Positions 24,941 through 34,777 of a stretch of 64,000 nucleotides of DNA are shown in pieces. Origin of the DNA: a virus; IMG/VR virus record IMGVR_UViG_3300029922_000004; one strand, 5' to 3'. The stretch's first letter is position 1. The number at the start of each line of letters is the position of its first letter. Made by a program: the position numbers and the translations under genes. Below the pieces are notes generated by a model. It saw nothing but the letters and a program-made list of their open reading frames with translations. It was not told the origin of the DNA and ran no database searches.

Positions 24941-25514
24941 ATGACAAGAATATGTAATATTTGTAAACAAGATAAACCAATAGAAGATTTTTACTTAACG
25001 TCTAAAAAGAAGTGGAGACAGCGTAGTTGTAAGATATGTGCCAGTATAAAGAGCAACGAAAGATATCACAAACACCCCAATAAACAATTAATTATGGCGG
25101 CCATGAAGAATTGGAATATCAATAATAAAGACAAAATAAAAAAATATCGTGCAAAGTATATAAAATCTCCTGCGGGTAAGATAGCAACGACACTGAGAAG
25201 AAGAATCAAAGATATATTAAAATCCCCAGTTTCGTTTTTAATATCCAAAACGATTGGGTGTTCGCCGTCGGAATTGAAAATACATCTTGAATCTAAATTT
25301 AAGGAAGGAATGACTTGGGAAAATCACGCATTTTACGGCTGGCACGTGGACCACATCAAACCTATTAGTAAGTTTGATTTAAATAATCCAGAAGAAATAA
25401 AAAAAAATAAATCATTATACCAATTTACAGCCATTATGGTGGCAAGATAATTTACGAAAAGGAAATACTGAAACTCTATTCCTACTTGTTGCGACAGACA
25501 ATCAAAATAATTAA
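24941..25514 (+). pseudogene. HNH endonuclease with a frameshift in an A9 tract
   Basis: WHVDHIKP in frame; the conserved NHYTNLQPLWWQDNLRKG continues in the +1 frame from 25407 to TAA 25514. Confidence 0.7.
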
Positions 25515-25519
25515 AGCTA

Positions 25520-25963
25520 TCACTTGAGATGTCCAATCAGCTTGTCTGCCTCATAAAGTTTTGGCGTCCCCTCACGAATAAAGAGAATATACTTAATTTC
25601 GGGGGTATAATTTTCTTTTATGAATTTTAAGCAGTCTTGCATCTGGCGGAAAACACTAAAATCAATACTCACTGAATTAAAATTCAGATTAGGTTCCTTG
25701 TAGGCATTTTCCGTTACCACGAGATTAACGTTTGTGAAATCGGATACAAATATCTTATTCCATAGGATACAGATATTATCGTCAAAGTGAATATAGCCCT
25801 TGTAATTTTCCACGTTCTGTTGGAATGCGTCCAACGCCGCGCCTAGGGTATTTTCACGGATAATAAAGTTGGAAACGGGGTGATATTTCAGCATCAATTC
25901 TTGACACTTGACAAAAAAGTCCACCTTGACCTCTTGTGATAGAGATTGAAAAAGGACTGGCAT
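25520..25963 (-). CDS. hypothetical protein
   Basis: 147 aa, coupled to the upstream ORF. Confidence 0.7.
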   Translation of the reverse strand: MPVLFQSLSQEVKVDFFVKCQELMLKYHPVSNFIIRENTLGAALDAFQQNVENYKGYIHFDDNICILWNKIFVSDFTNVNLVVTENAYKEPNLNFNSVSIDFSVFRQMQDCLKFIKENYTPEIKYILFIREGTPKLYEADKLIGHLK

Positions 25964-25966
25964 AAT

Positions 25967-26491
25967 TTACTCCCCGCCGACTTCGATTGGTTTTCTGGAG
26001 GGAGATGACTCTTCTTGAAAAATTTTGAGCGCGGTTTGAGTATCAGTAACCCCGCCCGGTCGGTTATTTTGAGGCTTAAGACTCTGCCACGCGGCGTCGG
26101 AATATTGGGCTTGTTTTTTCTTGCTTTTCGGCGCGGAACCAACTACGCTTTCAACCATTTTTGTTCCCTCTTGAATTAAACCTTGCACTTTCTCCCCGCG
26201 AACGAGTTCGAAGCCTTTGATTTCGGCGTCCATAGCACCAATCGCAGAACTAATCCCCAAGTCAGCGAGACAGGTTGCATTTTCGTCATCAATATAATCA
26301 TCATCCCCGCCGCGAACTTGTCGGGGTGTAAATTGAGCATTATTTCTAATGGGTTGTTTGGCTTGGGCTTGTTCTGTCGGAGGTTTCTCTGAAAGTGAAG
26401 CTTGTGAACAGCCACACTGACCGCAGAATTTTTGCCCCACATTTAATTTGACTCCGCAGTTATGACAGAATTGCTGGACTAGATTACTCAT
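25967..26491 (-). CDS. zinc-ribbon domain protein
   Basis: CHNCG..KFCGQCG; GTGTAAT upstream. Confidence 0.75.
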   Translation of the reverse strand: MSNLVQQFCHNCGVKLNVGQKFCGQCGCSQASLSEKPPTEQAQAKQPIRNNAQFTPRQVRGGDDDYIDDENATCLADLGISSAIGAMDAEIKGFELVRGEKVQGLIQEGTKMVESVVGSAPKSKKKQAQYSDAAWQSLKPQNNRPGGVTDTQTALKIFQEESSPSRKPIEVGGE

Positions 26492-26573
26492 AGGATATTA
26501 TACAAAAATTACACCTTTTACTCAAATTAATTTAATTATTTTATAATTCTAATTGATTTTACTATTATAAACA

Positions 26574-27251
26574 ATGAAAAAACCACAGTCTTCTTTTGAA
26601 GAAAATTATGAAGTGATACGAACCGAAGTACAGAAACATCGAGGAAAATGGACGCTGAATAGTATCAACTGGATGGATTGGAATGATATATCATCCATCA
26701 TCATAATTCACATTCATAAAAAGTGGAATCAATACAATCAATCTAAACCACTAAAACCTTGGCTCTCTACTCTAATTACTAACCAAATTAAAAATCTAGT
26801 CCGCAACCACTACACCAACTATGCCCGCCCATGTCTCCGTTGTCACGCGGCGATTGACTCTGATGGTTGCAAGATTTACAAAACTCAGTGTGACGCTTGT
26901 CCTCTCTACGCCCATTGGCAAACAACAAAACAATCAGCTTCTTTTATTAAACTCCCTCTTTCAATAGAAAATCATACCAACGAAGTCCACGAAATGCAAG
27001 ACTACTCTGAATATAATCCCGCCGACGAACCCAAGTTCCATGAGGCGATGAAGACCACTTTAAAGCCCATCGAATTTACGGTTTATAGCGGCCTCTATAT
27101 TGACCACAAAGAGGAATCTGCAGTTGCCAAGGAAATCGGTTTCACCACGAATGAATTGGGCAGAGTTCCGGGGTATAAAAATCTCTTCCTTATACAGAAA
27201 ACCATCATTGAAAAAGCCCGCGAGTTCTTAAATGAAACTGGATTACATTGA
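26574..27251 (+). CDS. phage sigma-70-family (ECF-like) factor with a Cys-rich insertion
   Basis: Region-2-like KWNQYNQSKPLKPWLSTLITNQIKNLVRN; C-terminal HTH (AVAKEIGF); CLRC..C..C..CP insert. Confidence 0.65.
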   Translation: MKKPQSSFEENYEVIRTEVQKHRGKWTLNSINWMDWNDISSIIIIHIHKKWNQYNQSKPLKPWLSTLITNQIKNLVRNHYTNYARPCLRCHAAIDSDGCKIYKTQCDACPLYAHWQTTKQSASFIKLPLSIENHTNEVHEMQDYSEYNPADEPKFHEAMKTTLKPIEFTVYSGLYIDHKEESAVAKEIGFTTNELGRVPGYKNLFLIQKTIIEKAREFLNETGLH

Positions 27252-27371
27252 TAAAGTATACGTTTGCATAGAGTGCGGACATAAGCAATTATCTAAGTTT
27301 AGACTGCCTTACTGTTGGGATACATTCTGTTGCGGGTGTAAGAAACACAACGCCAAGTTTAAAACCGTTAT

Positions 27372-28496
27372 ATGCAAGAAGAAATAATTTTAACCCCAGA
27401 GCAGGAAAAATTGCTGCTAGATTTTTGGAATAAAGACCCCGCGAATCCGCCGAGTATTAAAGCTCTTACTCAAGAACTTGCGAAAACTATGCCTGATATA
27501 GAAGGGAAAAATCTTGATGGCCGTGGACCTCTCGGAAAAGCAGTTAAAAAAACTCTCGCGCGATTTAATATCAAGCCCCAAACTGCGGATGAGTATTCCA
27601 AGAAAACCGACAAGATAACTCTCACCGATGAACAGCAACAATTGATAGTTAATAACGTCTCCACGCAAACGGCGGTAGAACTCGCAAGGCTTGCATTTAA
27701 TAATCCATCACTGACAAGTCTATCTGCCGAAGCGCGGGTAGTAAACGCATTTATCAAAACCCTCGACACGAAGATTGTCTATAAGGAGGAACAAAACAAG
27801 GAAATCCCAGATGGGGACTATGAGCCGCCGAATAGTTTGGATAGGGTATTCCGCCGCGTAAATCAATACGTAAATTTTGCCCTAGATAAAGAGAAACTTA
27901 CCTCTCAGCAGAAAAAGGGGTTAGAGACATTAATTAATTATCTCCACACCTACCGCTTCATTAGACAGATTAATAGTTTCGATAAACAAGACGATAGGAA
28001 ATCTTTCGAAGATAATTTTATTCGTTATACTTATGACAAGCCCGATTTAACACAGGAAGAAGTCGACCAATATATTGAACTCTCTAATCAATTTGTACAG
28101 GGTATTAAAACATCCGCGCGTAAGAATATTTTAGAGGATAGGTTGGCGGATTCTAGCGGAGTAACAGACTCGGAAACTATTAAAGTGTCGATGGGGCTAG
28201 TAGAAGCAATAGGCAAGGCGGGGACTGAATATGACCAGTGTTTAAAGAGACAACAAAAACTCCTTGAGGATTTGAAGGAGAAGAGAAGTACCCGCTTAAG
28301 CAAGCAAATCAAAGAAAATGCAAGTATACTTAATTTGGTTACTTTATGGAGGGATGAGGAACAAAGAGCGAGACTATTACATTTAGGAGAGTTAGAGCAA
28401 AAGGCGGTCGCTAAAGAGTTCGACCATTTGATGAGCATGGATGAACTGCGCTGTAGAATACTCGGGGTAGATAGGGATAGTATTTTACTTGAATAA
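27372..28496 (+). CDS. hypothetical protein (upstream of terminase; possible small terminase subunit)
   Basis: 374 aa, helical/coiled-coil; assignment by position only. Confidence 0.7.
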   Translation: MQEEIILTPEQEKLLLDFWNKDPANPPSIKALTQELAKTMPDIEGKNLDGRGPLGKAVKKTLARFNIKPQTADEYSKKTDKITLTDEQQQLIVNNVSTQTAVELARLAFNNPSLTSLSAEARVVNAFIKTLDTKIVYKEEQNKEIPDGDYEPPNSLDRVFRRVNQYVNFALDKEKLTSQQKKGLETLINYLHTYRFIRQINSFDKQDDRKSFEDNFIRYTYDKPDLTQEEVDQYIELSNQFVQGIKTSARKNILEDRLADSSGVTDSETIKVSMGLVEAIGKAGTEYDQCLKRQQKLLEDLKEKRSTRLSKQIKENASILNLVTLWRDEEQRARLLHLGELEQKAVAKEFDHLMSMDELRCRILGVDRDSILLE

Positions 28497-28498
28497 TT

Positions 28499-29419
28499 AT
28501 GCCTATAATTTGTAAAGTTTGTTCTAACGTACTTGAAAATGACTTATTGTTTAATAAGCATCTAAAGTCACACAAAATTACTCAATGTGAATATTTTCAA
28601 AAATATGAGCCGCGCTACGATAGATATGATAGCTCTATTATCCTCTATAAAAATAAAGACTACTATTTTAATACCGAATTTAACTCAAAAACCAACTTCA
28701 AAAAGTGGCTTAAATTAGTCCCGCCGGAAACCGCTAGAGCTTATATCGTGAACTTTTTGAAACAAAGAAAGACAAAGAAAAATTTGACTTACGCTCCGAC
28801 ACAAGCCGAACTCCGCACTTTAATGTTGCCCGGATTAGTTTACATAGAGAAACACATTGGTAGTTATGGAAAAATTTGCGAAGAGGTCGGGTTAAAACAA
28901 CGATTTACTCAAGGTAAATTGAATGAAAGTTTATTTATTGATATTTCCAAAAAAGTTATATTCCAAGACACCCGCGAACAGAAGCCGCTGGAGTTTGATA
29001 ATCAGACCAGAACCAAGGGAATGAATTTCGGCGACTATAGATTAGTAGGGTCAAGTGTACGTATTGAGCGTAAAAGTATAGCTGATTTTTGGAGTTCTAT
29101 GACTGGGGGATTTAAGAGGTTCGAACGAGAAATTATTCGAGCAAAAGAGGCGGATTCTTATTTGGTTATTTTGATTGAGGGAACTTATGAAGAACTTGAA
29201 AATTTTCCGACACAGCGACAAGTCAGAAGTAAAATAAGGGCTTCCATTGAATTTTTAGCCCGTAATATGCGAGAATTATTATATAATTATTTAAATATTC
29301 AATTTTTATTTGTTAATGGTCGAGATGAGGCAAGTAGGGTTATTCAGAAGATATTTTCAGCCGGAGAACAGATAAAAAACCTTGATTTACAGAAAGAGTA
29401 TGATATAATTAATCTATGA
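28499..29419 (+). CDS. C2H2 zinc finger plus ERCC4-type nuclease
   Basis: CKVC..HLKSH; DTREQKP..GDY..IERKSIADF. Confidence 0.8.
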   Translation: MPIICKVCSNVLENDLLFNKHLKSHKITQCEYFQKYEPRYDRYDSSIILYKNKDYYFNTEFNSKTNFKKWLKLVPPETARAYIVNFLKQRKTKKNLTYAPTQAELRTLMLPGLVYIEKHIGSYGKICEEVGLKQRFTQGKLNESLFIDISKKVIFQDTREQKPLEFDNQTRTKGMNFGDYRLVGSSVRIERKSIADFWSSMTGGFKRFEREIIRAKEADSYLVILIEGTYEELENFPTQRQVRSKIRASIEFLARNMRELLYNYLNIQFLFVNGRDEASRVIQKIFSAGEQIKNLDLQKEYDIINL

Positions 29420-30369
29420 ATACTAAAAAATGTAATGTTTGTCATCAGGAACTATCATACTTTTTATTTTACAAAGATAAACGTAATAAAGATGGCTTCG
29501 GTGGAATATGTAAACCATGCACATCTATTAAATCAAAAGAATACGTTAAGACCCATACCTCGGAAATCAAGTCGAAACGAAAAGAACGCTATCTTGCAGA
29601 TAAAGAAGGGATGAAAGAAAAGTCTCGTGAATATTATCACAATAATAAAACAAAGGCTAAGGCTAAGATGAAAGCATATAGATTATCTCATAAAGATGAG
29701 CATAAACTTCGTTGCGCTAAATATTATAAAGAACATAAAAAAGAAATGTTGGGGGCGTGTAGAGTTTATCGCATAAAAAATAAAGAAAAGCTAAACAAAA
29801 CCCAAAGACTCAAAAGAAAAAAGAATATCGTTAAAATTCGCGAACAAGAAAAACAGGGTCGCATCAGAAATCGAGATAAACTAAAAATAAGAAAAAAACT
29901 AGACTATCAAAAAAATAGAAAAAAGCGCGATGCGACCAAAGATAAATGGATTAAGAACAACTACGAAAAGCATAGGGCTTATCATAGACAATATTGGAAG
30001 GATAGACGAAACAACGATATAAACTTTAGGTTACAAGAAAATTTTCGTCAAAGAATTAATAAAGTCATAAAAGGCGAATCAAAAAGCCTACACAGTGCCG
30101 AATATTTGGGCTGCTCCATAGAAGAATTCCTAAATCATATAAAGTCTCAATGGACTCAAGATATGTCTTGGAAGAATTATGGACATTATGGGTGGCATGT
30201 GGACCACATTATACCTCTATCTAATTTTGATTTTACCGATATAGAACAACAAAAAATAGCACTCAATTATAAAAATCAACAACCTCTTTGGGCGACAACT
30301 AAAATCGCAAGAAAACATGGAGATTTTACTAGAGAGGGTAACATAAACAAAGGTAATAAAATACTATGA
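29416..30369 (+). CDS. HNH/endonuclease VII-like homing endonuclease
   Basis: CNVC..CKPC; basic repeats; WHVDHIIPLSNFD..NQQPLW. Confidence 0.8.
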   Translation: MNTKKCNVCHQELSYFLFYKDKRNKDGFGGICKPCTSIKSKEYVKTHTSEIKSKRKERYLADKEGMKEKSREYYHNNKTKAKAKMKAYRLSHKDEHKLRCAKYYKEHKKEMLGACRVYRIKNKEKLNKTQRLKRKKNIVKIREQEKQGRIRNRDKLKIRKKLDYQKNRKKRDATKDKWIKNNYEKHRAYHRQYWKDRRNNDINFRLQENFRQRINKVIKGESKSLHSAEYLGCSIEEFLNHIKSQWTQDMSWKNYGHYGWHVDHIIPLSNFDFTDIEQQKIALNYKNQQPLWATTKIARKHGDFTREGNINKGNKIL

Positions 30370-32210
30370 TTTATTCTCCTTTAAAATATCAGAAACCAGT
30401 CGAGGATATTAATATTTATCTCAAAACTCTGAAAGGGGAGCTTAATGATAAAGAGGCTAGAATTACTTTAATTAAATTTTTGTATCGTAATCTGGGTTTT
30501 ACAGTTAAAGTCCTGACGGGGATTATTCTCGACCCGGACCAGATTATCATGCTTAAGGCAATGTTACAGAGTAATTATTCCTTATGTATTCTCTCTCGTG
30601 GCGCAGGAAAAACTTTTATTTCTGCTGTATTTTGTGTTTTGCAATGTATATTCCATCCTAATAGTCATGTCTTGGTGTGTGGCCCGACTTTTAGAACGTC
30701 AAGATTTATATTCAATAAAATTATCGAAATTAGTGATGGTAGACACGCCCAGCTCTTATATCAGGCATTAGGAACGATGGCGAGAAGAAATGACGAGTTC
30801 AAGTTAGAGATAAACGGCGGTAGTATTATTTCTATTCCTCTTAGTGGCGATAAGGTCCGTGGTTACAGGGCAAATGTTCTTGTTATAGATGAGTTATTGC
30901 TTATGCCGGAAGAAACAGTTGAGAAGGTCCTAATGCCGTTCTTGGTAGTCCCCCAAAATTTAACAGAAAGACAAATTATACGAGAAAGAGAAGATGAGTT
31001 AATAAGAAAAGGAGTTATTACCGAAAAAGATAGAATACAATTCCCCAATACCGCCAAATTTATAGGATTATCTTCTGCTAGTTTTACTTGCGAATATCTA
31101 TATAAAAAGTACGATGAGTTTGCTAAACAAATCTATAGTGCTGATATGCCGGTTAATAAAGCTAAGTATTTTGTAGCTCAAATGGCTTGGAATGCGATAC
31201 CAGAACATAGGATGGATAAAGCTATTATCGAATTAGCACAGGGTAACGAAGCTAATTCGGCGACATTTAAAAGAGAGTACATGGCGACCTTCATTGATGG
31301 CTCGGACAGTTATTTTTCAATGAATAAGATGCTAGCCTGTACGATTCCAGATTGTGAATCTCCTACTCTTACGCTGAAAGGTGAAAAGAATAAAAAGTAT
31401 ATTTTATCTATTGACCCTAACTTCTCTAATTCTGAAACTGCTGATAATTTTGCTATGTGTCTAATGGAGGTTGATGAAGAAAAGATGAATGAGGGTAAAA
31501 TAAGCGGGACCGTAGTCCATAACTACGCCAAATCGGGAAAAGACTTAAAAGACCATATTAAGTATCTATATTATCTTTGGAAGAATTTTGATATAGTGAT
31601 GATAATTATTGACTATGCTGGATATCAGTTTTTAGACGCCGTAAACGAGAACGAACTCTTTAGAAAAGATGGAATTGAATTTAAGATATTTGAATTTTAT
31701 GCCGAAAAAGACGGAGCAGAACTTGAACAACAATTAAAACTTGCCAGACGTGGTTATAACAGACAGATTAATAAAATTGTATTTACTCAATATTTTACTA
31801 CTGACTTTATCAGAAAAGGTAACGAACATTTACAAGGGTGTATTGATTACAAGAAAATTTGGTTTGGTTCCTCTATCAAAGCTGATGGTAACGCCTTTGA
31901 TAAGGCTGTGTCAGCGAATGTTAATTTGGATTGGGTTGGAGAAGAAAATTTAACCGACTTTATTGACCTTCAAGAGACGCTTATTAAACAAACGCGATAT
32001 GAATGTAGTTCTATTGAGGTAAAATCAACCTCCAAAGGGACTCAAAGTTTTGACCTACCCCAAATCTTTAGAAGAGACCAAACAAGTTCAAGAATGCGTC
32101 GAGATTCATATACTGCGCTTTTATTGGTCACATGGGCCTTGAAGCAATACAGTGATATTTTGAATGTCCCACCCGAAGACAACTCAGGCTTCACCCCAGT
32201 TCTTGTCTAG
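30366..32210 (+). CDS. terL: terminase large subunit
   Basis: Walker A SRGAGKTF, RGYRANVLVIDE, FKREYMATF, nuclease motif ILSIDP and C-terminal RDSYTALL. Confidence 0.9.
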   Translation: MIYSPLKYQKPVEDINIYLKTLKGELNDKEARITLIKFLYRNLGFTVKVLTGIILDPDQIIMLKAMLQSNYSLCILSRGAGKTFISAVFCVLQCIFHPNSHVLVCGPTFRTSRFIFNKIIEISDGRHAQLLYQALGTMARRNDEFKLEINGGSIISIPLSGDKVRGYRANVLVIDELLLMPEETVEKVLMPFLVVPQNLTERQIIREREDELIRKGVITEKDRIQFPNTAKFIGLSSASFTCEYLYKKYDEFAKQIYSADMPVNKAKYFVAQMAWNAIPEHRMDKAIIELAQGNEANSATFKREYMATFIDGSDSYFSMNKMLACTIPDCESPTLTLKGEKNKKYILSIDPNFSNSETADNFAMCLMEVDEEKMNEGKISGTVVHNYAKSGKDLKDHIKYLYYLWKNFDIVMIIIDYAGYQFLDAVNENELFRKDGIEFKIFEFYAEKDGAELEQQLKLARRGYNRQINKIVFTQYFTTDFIRKGNEHLQGCIDYKKIWFGSSIKADGNAFDKAVSANVNLDWVGEENLTDFIDLQETLIKQTRYECSSIEVKSTSKGTQSFDLPQIFRRDQTSSRMRRDSYTALLLVTWALKQYSDILNVPPEDNSGFTPVLV

Positions 32211-32240
32211 TGTAATTAAAGCATATTGGATTAAGGAAAT

Positions 32241-34670
32241 ATGTTTGATAGTTCTATACGTCTTAAGCAGTTAAATCAGCCAGAATTGAGCGGATATATT
32301 TCTGGTATCATCGCCGGTTTTCCAGAGGCGTCTACCACTGGAACTATAATCCCTTCGGGAAGTGGAATCTATAATCTCGGCTCACCTCAAAATCCCTATT
32401 CAAAAATCTACACCGAACAATTAAATGTTCCTTCTGGTTCGGGCATCAATTTCGGAAGCACATTTTTCAACGCTTATACTTCTGGCGGCGCAGCCTACAT
32501 TGATGTCGGGAGTTTTCAGATTAGTTCAAGCGGAAATTACATCTTTATACAAGGCCCAAGCGGTGTTGCGGGACCGAGTGGCGCTTTAGGACCAACTGGT
32601 CTTACTGGGACTAGCGTAACTGGTATTTACTATAATACGTCTAATAGTAACATCTACTTTCAGCTTTCTAATAACACCACAACCGGCTTTTACTTCCCGC
32701 CGTTTAGTGGAGCTAGTGGGGTTGGACTTACTGGATTTTTTCAGAGCGGTTATCGAATATTTCCGCAATTTAATCATTTTCAAGGAACGGGTGCGCCGTT
32801 AATTTTACCGGCGGGGCCAGCAGGACCTCCGGGTTCTATCAGCCTTTATTTCCAATCGGGGGATTTAACGGATTCGCTTTCGCAAGTTAATTTTCCATCC
32901 CAAGTGGATATTAACCCTTATTATTCTACTGGATATTTCCCGCCGATTTCGTTAATGCAAGGGATGGCATATACAATGGACTGTAGCGGTCTTAACACTC
33001 ACATAATTTCTACCGCCGATTACCAATTTTTGAGTGGGATATTTTCGGGGCAGATTAATAACGTTCCTAACCCCGGAACGTCAATGCCATATTATGAAGA
33101 CCCCGCGAATGGTACTGGATATTGGCGTTTGGTATTTTTTCCTAGTAGCACTCCTACTGGATTTTATTCTACCGCGAATGACTCATATAACATTTTTGGG
33201 ACATTAGAGGCTACCAATACTCAGGTTTATGGAAGTTCCTTAATTAACAATGTTTATAGAACTAATATTTCTTTCACTACAGAATTCACGGCATTTGGAA
33301 CTTATAACTATGGATTTATGGTCTACACTATCGGCGTAGATAGTTCTCAAGATGCTGTATTAACAACTCCGTCTACGGGATATGCTTTCGTGGTAGGTAG
33401 CGTTAATATTTCTTCTGGAATAGGTCCCGTCGGACCACAAGGCCCACAAGGTAATCTTGGTCCAGTTGGTCCCCAAGGTAATTTAGGTCCTCAAGGTGAG
33501 CAAGGTTCGATAGGATTAAGTGTTTCGTCTTACAATCAGCAACAGGTAGGAGCTAATAGTTATCAAATTCAATTTGTCTATTCCGACGGCTCTCTGGGGC
33601 CTTGGATAGCGTTACCTAGCGGCGGACCTTCTGGATTGCAAGGACCGAGTGGATTACAAGGGTCATTGATTAATTATTTCGCGGGAAATTATACAACGAC
33701 TGGAGTTTATCCTACTAATACCACTCTAGTACTAAGCGGTTCAAGCTATATTAATAAAAGCGGGTCTTCTATTTCTGGAATAGCACCACCCAGCGGTCCT
33801 TGGCAGTTAATAGCTCAACAAGGTGGTATTGGTCCAAGTGGAGCAACAGGATTCGCGGATAAGTATAGTTCTAGTTTTTCAGTCAGTTATAACAACACTG
33901 GAATTTTGGTAAACAACGTGAATTTTAGCGGTACGGGTGCAATATTTCAAGTTGGACAAACAGTTCAAATTAGCAATCCTAGTTTATCGGGCTACGCTTA
34001 TACGCCGCAGCAAAGTATTATCGTAGCGTCTAATAGTATTACGGGAAGTTATTTCTATGGTCTCATCAATTCATATAATTCAACTGGTGTTTTAAATTTT
34101 AACGTGACTAGCGGAGGGACTGGAATAATTAATAGTACGGTTAGCGGGAATTACTTTCTATATTACAATTATGGGAATGCTACGGTTAATCTAGGAGCGA
34201 ATTTAGTCAGTGGGGCAACTGGACCAGTCGGACCTATCGGACCACAGGGACCTTCTGGACAACCTTCGGTAATGAGAAACGGGGTCTATGTCGGAAATTC
34301 AGGAATGAGTTTCACTTTTGAGCCATCAGGTTTAGATGTGTTTAATTTGTTGATAACTGGGGATGGAACGCAATATTATGGAGGTAGTAGCGTATTAATT
34401 GACTTTGACTATAATTATTGGACCACTGGAAAAGCGGTAATAGTGAAAATTAGAAATTCGGGAATACCGTTCGGAAATGAAGAACCGGCCCTTTTTTATT
34501 TTCAAAGCCTAAACAGCGGAGTAAATAATTATACTAATCAAATTAAATGGCCGTCCAATACATACAGCCGCCCAGATGACGGAGAGGCTTTTTTATTTAC
34601 TCTGCTGAGGTTCCCCGATGAATTCGGAAGTCCTGCTATCTATGGGACCTACAGTAATACATATAGGTGA
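32241..34670 (+). CDS. collagen-repeat fibre protein
   Basis: Several G-X-Y runs (GPVGPQGPQGNLGP); N-terminus shared with 50969. Confidence 0.75.
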   Translation: MFDSSIRLKQLNQPELSGYISGIIAGFPEASTTGTIIPSGSGIYNLGSPQNPYSKIYTEQLNVPSGSGINFGSTFFNAYTSGGAAYIDVGSFQISSSGNYIFIQGPSGVAGPSGALGPTGLTGTSVTGIYYNTSNSNIYFQLSNNTTTGFYFPPFSGASGVGLTGFFQSGYRIFPQFNHFQGTGAPLILPAGPAGPPGSISLYFQSGDLTDSLSQVNFPSQVDINPYYSTGYFPPISLMQGMAYTMDCSGLNTHIISTADYQFLSGIFSGQINNVPNPGTSMPYYEDPANGTGYWRLVFFPSSTPTGFYSTANDSYNIFGTLEATNTQVYGSSLINNVYRTNISFTTEFTAFGTYNYGFMVYTIGVDSSQDAVLTTPSTGYAFVVGSVNISSGIGPVGPQGPQGNLGPVGPQGNLGPQGEQGSIGLSVSSYNQQQVGANSYQIQFVYSDGSLGPWIALPSGGPSGLQGPSGLQGSLINYFAGNYTTTGVYPTNTTLVLSGSSYINKSGSSISGIAPPSGPWQLIAQQGGIGPSGATGFADKYSSSFSVSYNNTGILVNNVNFSGTGAIFQVGQTVQISNPSLSGYAYTPQQSIIVASNSITGSYFYGLINSYNSTGVLNFNVTSGGTGIINSTVSGNYFLYYNYGNATVNLGANLVSGATGPVGPIGPQGPSGQPSVMRNGVYVGNSGMSFTFEPSGLDVFNLLITGDGTQYYGGSSVLIDFDYNYWTTGKAVIVKIRNSGIPFGNEEPALFYFQSLNSGVNNYTNQIKWPSNTYSRPDDGEAFLFTLLRFPDEFGSPAIYGTYSNTYR

Positions 34671-34777
34671 TATGTTTAAAATCCTATTGCCTTTTTCATG
34701 GTTTCCAATATAATTTTTATCTGCCCCGTGAGAATTAGTCACACTTTTAGTGTAATTTACTTATAATACCTAGAATT

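Noticed and set aside
29416-32210. Intron or intein in terminase
   Set aside because: TerL is continuous at normal length and the HNH gene lies wholly upstream (4-bp overlap)
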